Part shown: piece after piece, positions 53,497 through 62,954 of the stretch
Layout: each line of letters begins with the position of its first letter
How positions within the stretch are numbered: position 1 is the stretch's first letter
Source of the DNA: an uncultured Eubacteriales bacterium
GTDB taxonomy: Bacteria > Bacillota > Clostridia > Lachnospirales > Lachnospiraceae
Reading direction: 5' to 3'
Length of the DNA stretch: 64,000 nucleotides
Assembly: GCA_949299375.1 (NCBI GenBank)
Contig: CASGAH010000001.1
Span: forward strand, 4,193 to 68,192
Translations under genes and position numbers: made by a program
Notes under the pieces: generated by a model
Databases searched by the model: none
What the model was told of the DNA's origin: nothing
Seen by the model: the letters and a program-made list of their open reading frames with translations, nothing else

Positions 53497-53795
53497 CAAA
53501 AAATGCCCTTGACAGAATGGTTTTGCATTTCTGTCAAGGGCGAATACGGTACAGTTTGTACAGCGCCATCCGCGGTGCCACCTTGATTCGCGGCATACGC
53601 CGCGCACTCAGAAGGATACTAACATATCCCCGGCATTTATACGCCTGCCTTCAGCGTCGCAGAATACTCTGGGATTGTCCCATTTGACTGCGCCCTCAGC
53701 GGTCCATTTGACAAGGTGTTTCTCACCCGGCTCTCAGCATCCCGGGCTCTCTGTAAAGGCATCCTTTGCCGTTACCTCCGCCTCAACGGTTTTGT
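53497..53795 (-). promoter_or_regulatory. T-box riboswitch leader (probable Trp specifier) of the trpB2-like gene
   Basis: Minus strand: T-box AAUCAAGGUGGCACCGCGG (53570..53588). Terminator GCCCUUGACAGAAAUGC...CAUUCUGUCAAGGGC plus U6 (53498..53541). Stem I AGAGAG element and AAAUGGA / AAAUGGG candidate specifier contexts. Promoter TTGACA-17-TATACT at about 53800..53830. Confidence 0.8.
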
Positions 53796-53835
53796 TCTAA
53801 ATTTTCACACAGTATAACACTTCACCTGGAAATTG

Positions 53836-55197
53836 TCAATAGGAATTTTTGCTTTTTAAATGTTTTTTCCCCCAAAGGCAGATTCCCCGGTTGTTTTTTC
53901 CTGTTATGGCAATGGTTGGCTCCCATCGATCCCAGTCCCACGCCGGAACCATTGTGTACTCTTCTGTGATCGGACCAAATTGCACGGTGAGGCGATTCCC
54001 CCCAGAAAATTCCCAATGTCCCTGGAGGGAAGCCGCCTGTGCTGTTTTATCCCGGGACAGCACCATCATGCCGGAATGGCAAACTCCCTGGGGAACTTCC
54101 GGTGAAAGCGTCATTCTTTCGTAAACGCCTGCAGCCGCCTCCGGTGCAAAGGGCTGGATTGTTTCGCCGGCATAGCACATCGGGTTTAAAATCGGCCATC
54201 CGTCGTCTGTCCAAAGCATCTGATGAATTTGCATTATGGACGGTTCCGGTCCGGAGAGATTGTGATGACGAATGTGGCACACGAGATACCATCTGCCGTC
54301 CTCATCCTCCAGGACGGAGTTGTGTCCCGGCGCCATATATGCCTGTCCTCCGTCAAACGCATAACCACATGCCAGAAGATAGCCGACTTTGTTCTCCGCA
54401 TCCTCCACATCGGTCATCGGACGTCCATTGTAATCGACGTACGGTCCTGTGAGTTTTCGGCTTCTCGCAACCCGGATGTTGTAATCCCGGCTCAAATGTC
54501 CGTAGGAGACGAACAGGTAGTAATACCCTGTGTTTCGGTTGTAGCGGATATATGGTCCCTCAATGGCGCCGTCTGTCCACTTCGGTCTTTTGGCAATGCA
54601 TGTCCCAATTCCTTCCTCTGCCGCATATCCGGTTTCTTTGTCCAGTTTTAAGATGTGGCATCCTTCCCAGAAAGATCCATATGCCATGTACAGATCCCCG
54701 GTCTCTTCCTCCTCAACCAGGTTGGCATCAATGGCATTGACGGGAGAGCCTTCCTCCTCTTTTGTTTTCAGGACACATCCGCGAGGTTCAAACGGTCCCT
54801 CCGGATTTTTGGACTCCGCGAGAAAAATGGCGGATTGGCGCACGCCCCAACTGGAGTTGGAGCAGTACAGCCGATACGTATCCCCCACTTTCACGATATC
54901 CGGAGCCCAGATTGCGTGACTCTTCGTCCATTCCAGCGCTTCCTTCGGGGGATCTGTAACCACTTTTCCAATCGTCTCCCAATGAATCAAATCTTCCGAC
55001 TTTCGGGCAATGGCGTTTGTCTGATACACATAATACATTCCGCTTTCCGGATCCCGATAGATCGCCGGATCATGCGCGCCCCAGAGGCTGTGGGAATCAA
55101 AGACGTTCACCGGCTTTCCCCTTTGCAGTTTCGGTTTTTCCCCGGGTCTTGGCGGTTCTTGCGGGAAAGAAACACCGCAGCGTACTGTTTGTTTCAT
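53836..55197 (-). CDS. glycoside hydrolase family 43 protein (arabinanase/xylosidase-like)
   Basis: ORF 53836..55395. Start at MKQTVRC (55197) with a CAGGAG RBS. GH43 motifs (WGAHDPAIY, WAPDIV). Confidence 0.75.
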   Translation of the reverse strand: MKQTVRCGVSFPQEPPRPGEKPKLQRGKPVNVFDSHSLWGAHDPAIYRDPESGMYYVYQTNAIARKSEDLIHWETIGKVVTDPPKEALEWTKSHAIWAPDIVKVGDTYRLYCSNSSWGVRQSAIFLAESKNPEGPFEPRGCVLKTKEEEGSPVNAIDANLVEEEETGDLYMAYGSFWEGCHILKLDKETGYAAEEGIGTCIAKRPKWTDGAIEGPYIRYNRNTGYYYLFVSYGHLSRDYNIRVARSRKLTGPYVDYNGRPMTDVEDAENKVGYLLACGYAFDGGQAYMAPGHNSVLEDEDGRWYLVCHIRHHNLSGPEPSIMQIHQMLWTDDGWPILNPMCYAGETIQPFAPEAAAGVYERMTLSPEVPQGVCHSGMMVLSRDKTAQAASLQGHWEFSGGNRLTVQFGPITEEYTMVPAWDWDRWEPTIAITGKNNRGICLWGKKHLKSKNSY

Positions 55198-55339
55198 CTT
55201 GTTACTCCTGTCAGCTGTTTTCAGGCCGTCGGTTTGACCCTGGCCTTGCTTACAGTACTCTATCACAGTTCTCCCCAAAAGACAATCCCAAATTGACCGG
55301 CAATGCTGCGAATGCAGGGCCTTTGCTCCCCGCCCGCCG

Positions 55340-56170
55340 CTATTTTCGAACTGCCATCTCGGACTCCATGCGGATCCGGTCTGCCACAAACGCAATAAAC
55401 TCCGAGTTGGTCGGTTTGCGCTTTCCCATCAGGTAAAAGCATTCCTCCGGCTCCACCACCTGATCTTTGCTGCGGGTACACGCGACTTCTATGGCATGGC
55501 GGATGGCCCGCTCCACCCGGCTTGGTGTCGTATGGTATTCTCTGGCAATGCTTGGATACAGATCCTTTGTCACTCCGTTGAGCCGGTTCATATCCTGGAT
55601 GCATAGAAAAATGGCCGTCATCAGGTAACGAAATCCTTTGATGTGGTGCGGAACGCCCATTCCGCTGATCCGCCGGATCACTTCCCGCTCCAGATGCTCC
55701 TCCGGGTCTTTTCGCGTCGGTTCCAGCCATCTGGAATGTCCCGCGTCCTCCGGAGTCGGCGCTTTCATCATCTCGAGATCCATCCAATCCGAAATTTCAC
55801 TGATTTGACGAACACGTTCCAGAACGACCGTTACGTGAAAAGGTTTGAGCATGTAGTAATGGATTCCAAGGGAAAACGATGCATGAATGATCTCCTCATT
55901 GTTCAGTTTTGTCAATACGAGAATCTTTGGACGACAGGAGATATCCCTCTCCTCCCGAAGCTTTTCCAGAACGGTGATTCCATCCACCCACGGCAAAATG
56001 AGGTCCATAATCACCAGATCCGGTTGATGTTTTCGAATCAGACTCAAAAGCTCCATCCCATTCCCGGTCGTCCCAATCACTTTCATATTGTCTTCCTGCT
56101 CTATCGCAGCCGTCAATACACTCCTTACTTTTTCGTCGTAATCTGCTATGATGATCTTTTGTTCTTCCAT
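55340..56170 (-). CDS. spo0A: sporulation master regulator Spo0A
   Basis: 276-aa ORF with a receiver domain (DLVIMDLILPWVDG) and the diagnostic Spo0A C-terminal helix SRVERAIRHAIEVA. Confidence 0.95.
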   Translation of the reverse strand: MEEQKIIIADYDEKVRSVLTAAIEQEDNMKVIGTTGNGMELLSLIRKHQPDLVIMDLILPWVDGITVLEKLREERDISCRPKILVLTKLNNEEIIHASFSLGIHYYMLKPFHVTVVLERVRQISEISDWMDLEMMKAPTPEDAGHSRWLEPTRKDPEEHLEREVIRRISGMGVPHHIKGFRYLMTAIFLCIQDMNRLNGVTKDLYPSIAREYHTTPSRVERAIRHAIEVACTRSKDQVVEPEECFYLMGKRKPTNSEFIAFVADRIRMESEMAVRK

Positions 56171-56598
56171 CTCTGTGTTGCCTCCAGTTTCTTTCTTCTG
56201 TCTTTTGCATTGGTTTCTCAGGGATTGCGCGCTGTTTAAATTATCTCAATATAATTATATTCATTTATATAATCTTTATTTTTTGTTTTGGCTATGTTAT
56301 AATACATTACAAAACAGCTTTCAGATTTTACTCCCCGTTCAGCTATTTTTCGCCTGTACTCTCGTCCTGGAAGCTCGTTCCTGGCACGTTGGATCTTCAC
56401 AAAATTTCGCCTTTTTGCATCCCATTTCCGAATTGTGCAGACTTTTCTGAGCGGTTATTTACAGTTCCCGGTAACTTGCAGTTCCAATCATAGCAAAAAG
56501 TAAAATGCCCTACAATTCCATTTATGGTATCCGCCTGTTGTTTCCGGCTTTTGCTTTTATACTATTTCCATATCATACACCAGAAAAGGAAGAAAAAT

Positions 56599-57324
56599 AT
56601 GAACAAACAACTATTTGACGAGGTCCGCGCGAAGCGAAATATCTCTCTGGAAAAGCTCTCTGAAATGACACAAATCCCCCTCAGCACGCTCCTGAAAATC
56701 AGCTCTGGAAAGGTCCAGACATCCTTTCAGAACATGTGCCGCATTGCCAGAGCACTGGAATGTTCCCTGGATGATTTCACAGACATGCGTTATCCGGCTC
56801 TGACTGTGGCGGACAGATCGTTTGTCCAGCAGTTTCATGCGCTCAGCAGTCACAGCAAAAATGCCATCCGGATGATTCTGGAGATGGAGCAGCAGCCCGT
56901 TGACAGCACGTATGGTCCGACCCGCCCCATTCCATGTCATGTGCCGATTTTTTCTCAGGGGGATTCTTTCTTTCAGGGATCCTGCAATGTCATCACCATA
57001 CCGCTGCCAATGGTTGACCGCTATTCTGAGGCCGATTTCGGATGGAAAATTACAAATGATGCCTATACGCCTTCTTTCCTGCGCTCCGATTTTTTGCTCT
57101 TTCAATACCGCTACCCATTGGCGGAGGAAATCGCTCTTTTCCAACAGGGAGATCGTCTCTTCATCCGGCGCTATGTCATCTGTGAACATACGCCGATGTT
57201 TCAATCTGTCAACTTCGAAAAGTGTCCGCTCCAGCCCATTGTACAGAAAAAATGCAGGTGCCTTGGCACACTGCATTCTATCATTCGAGCCGATTCGCCT
57301 CTGGCCCAGAGGATTGACTTGTAA
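56599..57324 (+). CDS. XRE-family HTH transcriptional regulator with uncharacterised C-terminal domain
   Basis: ORF 56524..57324. Start at MNKQLFDEVRAKRNISLEKLSEMTQIPLSTL (HTH_3-like). Confidence 0.7.
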   Translation: MNKQLFDEVRAKRNISLEKLSEMTQIPLSTLLKISSGKVQTSFQNMCRIARALECSLDDFTDMRYPALTVADRSFVQQFHALSSHSKNAIRMILEMEQQPVDSTYGPTRPIPCHVPIFSQGDSFFQGSCNVITIPLPMVDRYSEADFGWKITNDAYTPSFLRSDFLLFQYRYPLAEEIALFQQGDRLFIRRYVICEHTPMFQSVNFEKCPLQPIVQKKCRCLGTLHSIIRADSPLAQRIDL

Positions 57325-57351
57325 CAAAAACAGAAGGATTGTCGAAAAACG

Positions 57352-58566
57352 TCAATGCTGGCGGTAGTGGCTCAGGAACAGCTCTAGCTTATCCATCGCT
57401 ATTTTGAGTTCCTCCACCCTCGGCAGATAAACGATGCGGAAATGGTCGGGCTGCGGCCAGTTGAATCCTTTTCCATGCACAATGAGCACCTGCTGCTGCT
57501 TTAGGAAGTCGAGCGCAAATTTTTCGTCATCGGTGATTCCAAAGCGCGCAATGTCGATTTTCGGGAAAATATAGAAGGCAGCCCTTGGCTTTACTGCGGA
57601 CAGTCCGGGGATATCATTTAACGCTTTGTAGATGAATTCCCGCTGTTCGTAGATTCTTCCTCCGGGGAGAAGCAGTTCGTCTGCGCTCTGCACGCCGCCC
57701 AGAGAAGTCTGCACGATGCTCTGGGCCGGCACGTTCGAGCACAGGCGCATCGAGGACAAAAGGTTGAGTCCTTCAATGTACCCCTTTGCCTTCGATTTGT
57801 CGCCGGACAGACACATCCATCCGATGCGGAACCCTGCGATGCGGTGAGATTTGGAAAGTCCATTTAACGTCACACAAAACAGGTCCGGGCAGAGGGAGGC
57901 GATGGAAATATGTTCTCCTTCCATAACAAGGCGGTCGTAAATCTCATCGGAGAAGATAATCAGCTCATGCTCTCTTGCAATCTCAACAATCTCCATCAGC
58001 AGTTCTTTGGAATACAGCGCACCCGTCGGATTGTTCGGATTGATGATTACGATTCCTTTCGTCTGGGAGGTGATCTTCTTGCGAATGTCCTCTGGGTCGG
58101 GATACCAATCCGCCTGCTCGTCGCAGATGTAGTGTACCGCCTTCCCGCCTGACAGATGGACCGCTGCGGTCCAGAGCGGATAATCCGGCGCTGGAACAAG
58201 GATTTCATCGCCAGTATCCAAAAGTCCCTGCATACACATCACAATCAACTCGCTGACCCCGTTGCCGGTGTAGACATCGTTGATGCCGACATTTGGAATC
58301 TTTTTCAGCTGACAGTACTGCATAATGGCTTTGCGGGCAGAAAAAATCCCCTTGGAGTCGGAGTATCCTTCTGACCTCCGAAGATTATAGGATAAATCCT
58401 GGATTACTTCGAGCGGAGCGGTAAATCCAAATGGAGCCGGGTTTCCGATATTGAGCTTCAGAATATCCACACCATCCTCCACCATGCGGTTGGCCTCCTC
58501 CACGACCGGTCCTCTCACATCATAACATACATTGTCTAATTTGCGGGATTTTTCAAATTCTCTCAT
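57352..58566 (-). CDS. class I/II PLP-dependent aminotransferase (AlaA/aromatic-type)
   Basis: 404-aa ORF (LNIGNPAPFGF, SLNGLSKSHRIAGFRIGW with PLP lysine context). Confidence 0.85.
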   Translation of the reverse strand: MREFEKSRKLDNVCYDVRGPVVEEANRMVEDGVDILKLNIGNPAPFGFTAPLEVIQDLSYNLRRSEGYSDSKGIFSARKAIMQYCQLKKIPNVGINDVYTGNGVSELIVMCMQGLLDTGDEILVPAPDYPLWTAAVHLSGGKAVHYICDEQADWYPDPEDIRKKITSQTKGIVIINPNNPTGALYSKELLMEIVEIAREHELIIFSDEIYDRLVMEGEHISIASLCPDLFCVTLNGLSKSHRIAGFRIGWMCLSGDKSKAKGYIEGLNLLSSMRLCSNVPAQSIVQTSLGGVQSADELLLPGGRIYEQREFIYKALNDIPGLSAVKPRAAFYIFPKIDIARFGITDDEKFALDFLKQQQVLIVHGKGFNWPQPDHFRIVYLPRVEELKIAMDKLELFLSHYRQH

Positions 58567-58679
58567 AGATACCTCCTGTTTTGCTCTATTTCAGCGGACC
58601 ACGGAATCTCTTATCAAATGCCACCCTGCTTGTGCAAGCAAGCTTGCCCGCAGGGCGGCGCTTGGCGGGCTTATCGCAC

Positions 58680-58990
58680 AAAAAATCGCCCTGACCGTGC
58701 TGGGACGGTTTAGGGCGAATTGTTCCGTGGTACCACCTAATTTCAGAGATGAGCTCTGCACTTTCTGACATTTTATTGCGGTGTTGCAGCGCATGCTACT
58801 GCATCCGATTGTGTCGTCCATTCTAACGGTTGGATTCCGATGAAGCCTACTTTGGGATTTGATCCTGCCGTAAGCAGAGATGCCCCGGTTCGGTCCATGG
58901 CTCGGAGACTGCTTCTGCCGCCCCTTCACCAAGATTTTCACCAGCCATCTTTTCTCTGTCCATCCGGATGCCGCATACTCTTTCTCGTCA
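58680..58990 (-). promoter_or_regulatory. T-box riboswitch leader of the aminotransferase gene
   Basis: Minus strand: T-box AAUUAGGUGGUACCACGG (58724..58742). Terminator CGCCCUAAACCGUCCCAGCACGGUCAGGGCG plus U6 (58681..58717). Stem I GGACAGAGAAAAG element upstream. Promoter TTGACG-17-TATACT near 59020..59050. Confidence 0.75.
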
Positions 58991-59070
58991 CTGCCTTTTT
59001 TTGTATACCTTTGACGGCTATCAGTATAACACAAATCCCGGAGGGCGTCAATGATTTTCTCTGCGTTCGG

Positions 59071-59685
59071 TTACGGCGTTTGTCTTAGAATTTTCTCTCC
59101 GGTCAGGGAGCAGTATTGTTCTGTTCCGTCCTCCCATCCGGACAGCAGATAGAAGGAATCCAACTCCTCGTCCATCTGATATACGCCTTTGTCCATGCGT
59201 TTGGGGTAAAATCTCCACAGGATGCGCTGTCCTTCCTGCACGTCGGCAGGTATTTTCGAAAAGACTGCCTCCACCGACATGCCCGACCAGTCTCCCGCTT
59301 CCTCCTGTTCGTCGAGCAAAATCACAAGTCTGACACCGTTTTTTATCTCTTCTATCCGGGATATCTGTCCCGTTGCCTCAATAATTGTCAGCTCCAGACG
59401 TTCGTACTGTTTGGCAGCGTCGTCCGGACTTGCGGAGCAAACCTGCGGGTTCCCCTTTTCAGACTCATCTGCTTTTCGAACTTCAAAGGAGGATTCCATG
59501 CCTGCCCAAAACTGCGGCTCTCTCTGCATTATTTGGCTGCCCACAGCGCCAGACAGCAGGAGCACTGCCGCAGCAGCGCCGTACAGCGCCGCATAGCGGA
59601 CAGTTTTCTGCGGGCGTCTGGAAGAACGCTCCTTCGCACGCGCTTTTTCATAAATTCCGTCTAAGAATTCTCTGTCAGTTTTCAT
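59071..59685 (-). CDS. putative anti-sigma factor / membrane protein
   Basis: ORF 59071..59700. Start at MKTDREF overlaps the sigma stop. Single TM (YAALYGAAAAVLLLSGAV). Confidence 0.55.
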   Translation of the reverse strand: MKTDREFLDGIYEKARAKERSSRRPQKTVRYAALYGAAAAVLLLSGAVGSQIMQREPQFWAGMESSFEVRKADESEKGNPQVCSASPDDAAKQYERLELTIIEATGQISRIEEIKNGVRLVILLDEQEEAGDWSGMSVEAVFSKIPADVQEGQRILWRFYPKRMDKGVYQMDEELDSFYLLSGWEDGTEQYCSLTGEKILRQTP

Positions 59686-60229
59686 ATCGATACCCCTCAC
59701 TTTCCAGTTGCTTTTTCAATGATTTTCTGGCACGAAAAATTAGTATTTTCATCTGGGGCAACGTTTTATTTAGAATTTTTGCAGCATCCGCATAAGACAT
59801 CTCTTCCAGATCAATCAATTCAATGGCAGCCTGATAATCCGGTTTCAACTTTCGAAGCGCCCGCCTCACAGTCTGACTCGTCTCCTGCGCGACAATCTGC
59901 TCCTCCGGATTTTGTCCCTCCGCCTCGATGTCATCGTTTTCCTCGTCGCCCATCAAAACGAGACGGCGATGTTTCCGAATGTAATCAATGGCTTTGTTTC
60001 GTCCAATTGTAAACAGGTATGTTTTGAAACTGACACGAAATGTATAACGCTCTTTGTACACATAGACATCGACAAACGCGTCCTGTGCAAGATCTTCTGC
60101 CGTATCCAAATCCTTCACATATCGATGAATAAAATAGATCAAACTGTCTTTATGCGTGAGAACAAGATTTTCAAAGCCATCGATATCGCCCTCCAGAAAT
60201 GCTCTGTAGTTTGCTTCATCGTTGTTCAT
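59675..60229 (-). CDS. RNA polymerase sigma-70 family (ECF-type) sigma factor
   Basis: ORF 59675..60241. Region 2 (AEDLAQDAFVDVY) and region 4 (MSYADAAKILNKTLPQMKILIFRARKSL). Confidence 0.85.
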   Translation of the reverse strand: MNNDEANYRAFLEGDIDGFENLVLTHKDSLIYFIHRYVKDLDTAEDLAQDAFVDVYVYKERYTFRVSFKTYLFTIGRNKAIDYIRKHRRLVLMGDEENDDIEAEGQNPEEQIVAQETSQTVRRALRKLKPDYQAAIELIDLEEMSYADAAKILNKTLPQMKILIFRARKSLKKQLESEGYRYEN

Positions 60230-60289
60230 AAATCCTCCCACCCCTTCATCTATTATTCGGATAACACGTGGAAAAGTTACAGGACCGGC

Positions 60290-61435
60290 TTATCTCCAGA
60301 TTGGATTGTCCAACTCCGCCTGCACTCTCTGTAAGTCTTCCCGGATCGAAATCTTCTGAGGACAGACTGTCTCACATTTTCCGCAGCGAATGCAATGCTC
60401 CGGTTTTTGAGCATCCGCAAGATGTTTTTCCCACATCTCTTTTACAATGCTGTAGCGCTGGTACATATGGTACTGATTCCAGATTCGAAAACTAAGTGGA
60501 ATGTTTACCCCGGCAGGGCATGGCATACAGTATCGGCATCCCGTACAGCTGTTCTGCACACGGCTCTTGATCTGTCCGGCGATGGAAGCGATCTCCTCCT
60601 GCTCCTTCTTTGACAGCGGACGAAATGGCGAAACTGTTTTTAAGTTGTCTCTCACCTGCTCGATTGTCGACATTCCGCTCAGCATTACTTTTACATTTGG
60701 AAAGCTTCCAACCCACCGCAGGGCAAAGGAAGCGATGCTGGCATTGGCGTCCATCGCCTGGAAGCGGTCTTTGATCTCTCCGGAAAATTCCGCCAGGGAT
60801 CCTCCGCGAATCGGTTCCATAATGACAAGCGGCACGCCAAGGCGCTCGGCCAAGTCATATCCTCTCTGCCCCGGCTGCCCTTCCGTGTCCATATAGTTGA
60901 ACTGAATCTGGCAGAAATCCCACGAGCGGGATGTGAGAATCTGTTCAAATACTTCATATTTATCATGGAAGGAAAATCCAAAGTACCGTATTTTCCCTTC
61001 TTTTTTCAGCTGCTCGCAGTAATCCACAACGCCCAGACGAACCATCTGCTCCCAGCGTTCCCGGTTCAGGGCGTGCAGCAGATAGAAATCAATATACTCT
61101 TTCTTCAGACGTTTTCGCTGCTCCTCAAACAGTCTTTTGGCATCGTCAAGTGACGCTACGTTCCACACTGGAAGTTTTGTTGCCAGGTAGTACGCACTGC
61201 GATCGTATTTTTCCAGCACTCTTCCGACAAATGGCTCGCTCTCCCCGTTGTGGTACGGATATGCCGTATCGATGTAGTTGACTCCGGCCGCGATTGCCTC
61301 ATCCAACATCCTTTCCGCCTCGGCTTCCTCAATTTTGCCGTCTTTCCCTACCGGAAGACGCATACAGCCAAATCCCAACAGTGACAGCGAAATGCCAAGC
61401 TGTCCCATTTCTCTTCTCTCCATGTTTGCCTCCAT
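60290..61435 (-). CDS. aldo/keto reductase with C-terminal 4Fe-4S ferredoxin-type domain
   Basis: 381-aa ORF with an AKR N-terminus (LGFGCMRLP, IDTAYPYHNGESE) and two Cys clusters (CTGCRYCMPCP, CIRCGKCETVCP). Confidence 0.8.
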   Translation of the reverse strand: MEANMERREMGQLGISLSLLGFGCMRLPVGKDGKIEEAEAERMLDEAIAAGVNYIDTAYPYHNGESEPFVGRVLEKYDRSAYYLATKLPVWNVASLDDAKRLFEEQRKRLKKEYIDFYLLHALNRERWEQMVRLGVVDYCEQLKKEGKIRYFGFSFHDKYEVFEQILTSRSWDFCQIQFNYMDTEGQPGQRGYDLAERLGVPLVIMEPIRGGSLAEFSGEIKDRFQAMDANASIASFALRWVGSFPNVKVMLSGMSTIEQVRDNLKTVSPFRPLSKKEQEEIASIAGQIKSRVQNSCTGCRYCMPCPAGVNIPLSFRIWNQYHMYQRYSIVKEMWEKHLADAQKPEHCIRCGKCETVCPQKISIREDLQRVQAELDNPIWR

Positions 61436-61529
61436 TTCTTTTTTGTGATGATGTTGCTGCTTATTTCTGAAATCCGTATCAAACGGTATTTGACGCGGGT
61501 TCTAACCGGCTGCCTCGTGCGGGCGCACA

Positions 61530-62414
61530 TTACCTTTTCTCGCCGCGCTTCGATTCATGCCGCTTTGGTTCTGGCTCGTTGACAACGTGACTCTTATGTA
61601 TCATGTAGAGCATCCCTCCCACACAGATCATGCCTCCAATCATGTTCCCAACGGTGACGGGAATGATCTGCGTCCAGAAACTCCCCCAATTGAGCCGTTC
61701 CAACTGCTCGGATGTGTAGCCGTAGAGACGCATTGCCTGCTCTCCATACTGTTCTTTTGCGGCAATGCCCGCCGGGATATAATACATATTTGCCACGCAA
61801 TGTTCAAACCCGGACACGACAAATGCCATGATCGGAAAGAAGATCGCAAAAATCTTTCCGGTGATATCTCTGGCACTTCCCGCCATGAGAACGGCAAGGC
61901 ATACCAAAATGTTGCAAAGAATTCCGCTGTATATGGCGGTGTCGGGAGCTATCGAAATTTTGCCCATCGCAATCTTTATCGTAAATGCCCCAAGCATCCC
62001 GTCGCTGTAGTTCCACTGCCCGCAGTGCGCTGTGAGAAAGACGATCACAAGCGCGCCGACGAGGTTGCTGACAAACACAATGCCCAGTGTTTTAAACATC
62101 TGAAGAACTGTAATTCTCTTCCCTAGGACGTCCATCATCATCAGACAATCCCCTGTAAACAGCTCGCCTCCGATAAAAACGATCATCATCAGACCGATTG
62201 GAAAGACGCAGCCTGCAGCAAGCCGGGCAATTCCAACGTTTTGGATGTCGTGCATCGCCAGGCTGCTCGCCTCTGCCCCGAGCGCGATAAACGCGCCCGC
62301 CAAAATGCCGAGAAGCGCACATTTTAAAGCCGATGTCCTAACTTTTGACTCCCCCGCCATCATATTGGCATCTACAATCTGTATCGGTGTGTTAAACATA
62401 TTTCCTGTATCCAT
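61530..62414 (-). CDS. formate/nitrite transporter (FNT) family protein
   Basis: 294-aa polytopic ORF with FNT-like motifs (GGELFTGD, VSGFEHCVANM). Confidence 0.8.
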   Translation of the reverse strand: MDTGNMFNTPIQIVDANMMAGESKVRTSALKCALLGILAGAFIALGAEASSLAMHDIQNVGIARLAAGCVFPIGLMMIVFIGGELFTGDCLMMMDVLGKRITVLQMFKTLGIVFVSNLVGALVIVFLTAHCGQWNYSDGMLGAFTIKIAMGKISIAPDTAIYSGILCNILVCLAVLMAGSARDITGKIFAIFFPIMAFVVSGFEHCVANMYYIPAGIAAKEQYGEQAMRLYGYTSEQLERLNWGSFWTQIIPVTVGNMIGGMICVGGMLYMIHKSHVVNEPEPKRHESKRGEKR

Positions 62415-62586
62415 CGCATTCCCCTTTCTCCATCTTATGCGGTGTTTCTCTCTTCTCTGTCCTTCGCCGGCGCACTACCACTCACGACATGTTTTCGGCG
62501 CCTTCCCCGGCACTTCTTTACAAACTTCCTGCGCCGTGCTATACTGAACGTGCATCTGAACGGCTTTGCACAGAAAGAAGGTATCC

Positions 62587-62832
62587 ATGAAACAATCGCG
62601 GCGCATCATCGCCCTAGGAGGCGTTGTCCTCCTCGTTCTCTTGTACGTCTCTGCTCTTGTCTTTGCCCTGATCGACAGTCCCCTGGCGTTCGGCCTCCTG
62701 AAAACGGCCCTTCTGCTCACATTTCTTCTCCCCATTTTGATCTATTTCGTTACAATGGCAATGAAGAGCGGGACCGATCTGTTTGAGGAGGAGAAAAAAG
62801 GCAGTGACGACCAGCCGGAAAGCAAACGCTAA
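62587..62832 (+). CDS. small two-TM membrane protein (hypothetical)
   Basis: ORF 62566..62832. MKQSRRIIALGGVVLLVLLYVSALVF..., with an acidic/charged tail. Confidence 0.45.
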   Translation: MKQSRRIIALGGVVLLVLLYVSALVFALIDSPLAFGLLKTALLLTFLLPILIYFVTMAMKSGTDLFEEEKKGSDDQPESKR

Positions 62833-62954
62833 CGCACGCCATCCTTTCCCGGCACCGGCAGTGAAACGGTCTGAAAATGGGCTCTGCAGCATCTTCATGC
62901 CCGCACAGCCCATTTTTCTTTCTTCTTTTTTGCGCGATCTCTTCTGCGTTCGGA

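Noticed and set aside
57334-57345. TGTCGAA Spo0A-box-like heptamer between the XRE gene and the aminotransferase gene
   Set aside because: It is a single 7-mer in a convergent intergenic gap between two gene ends with no promoter, so it is compatible with chance.
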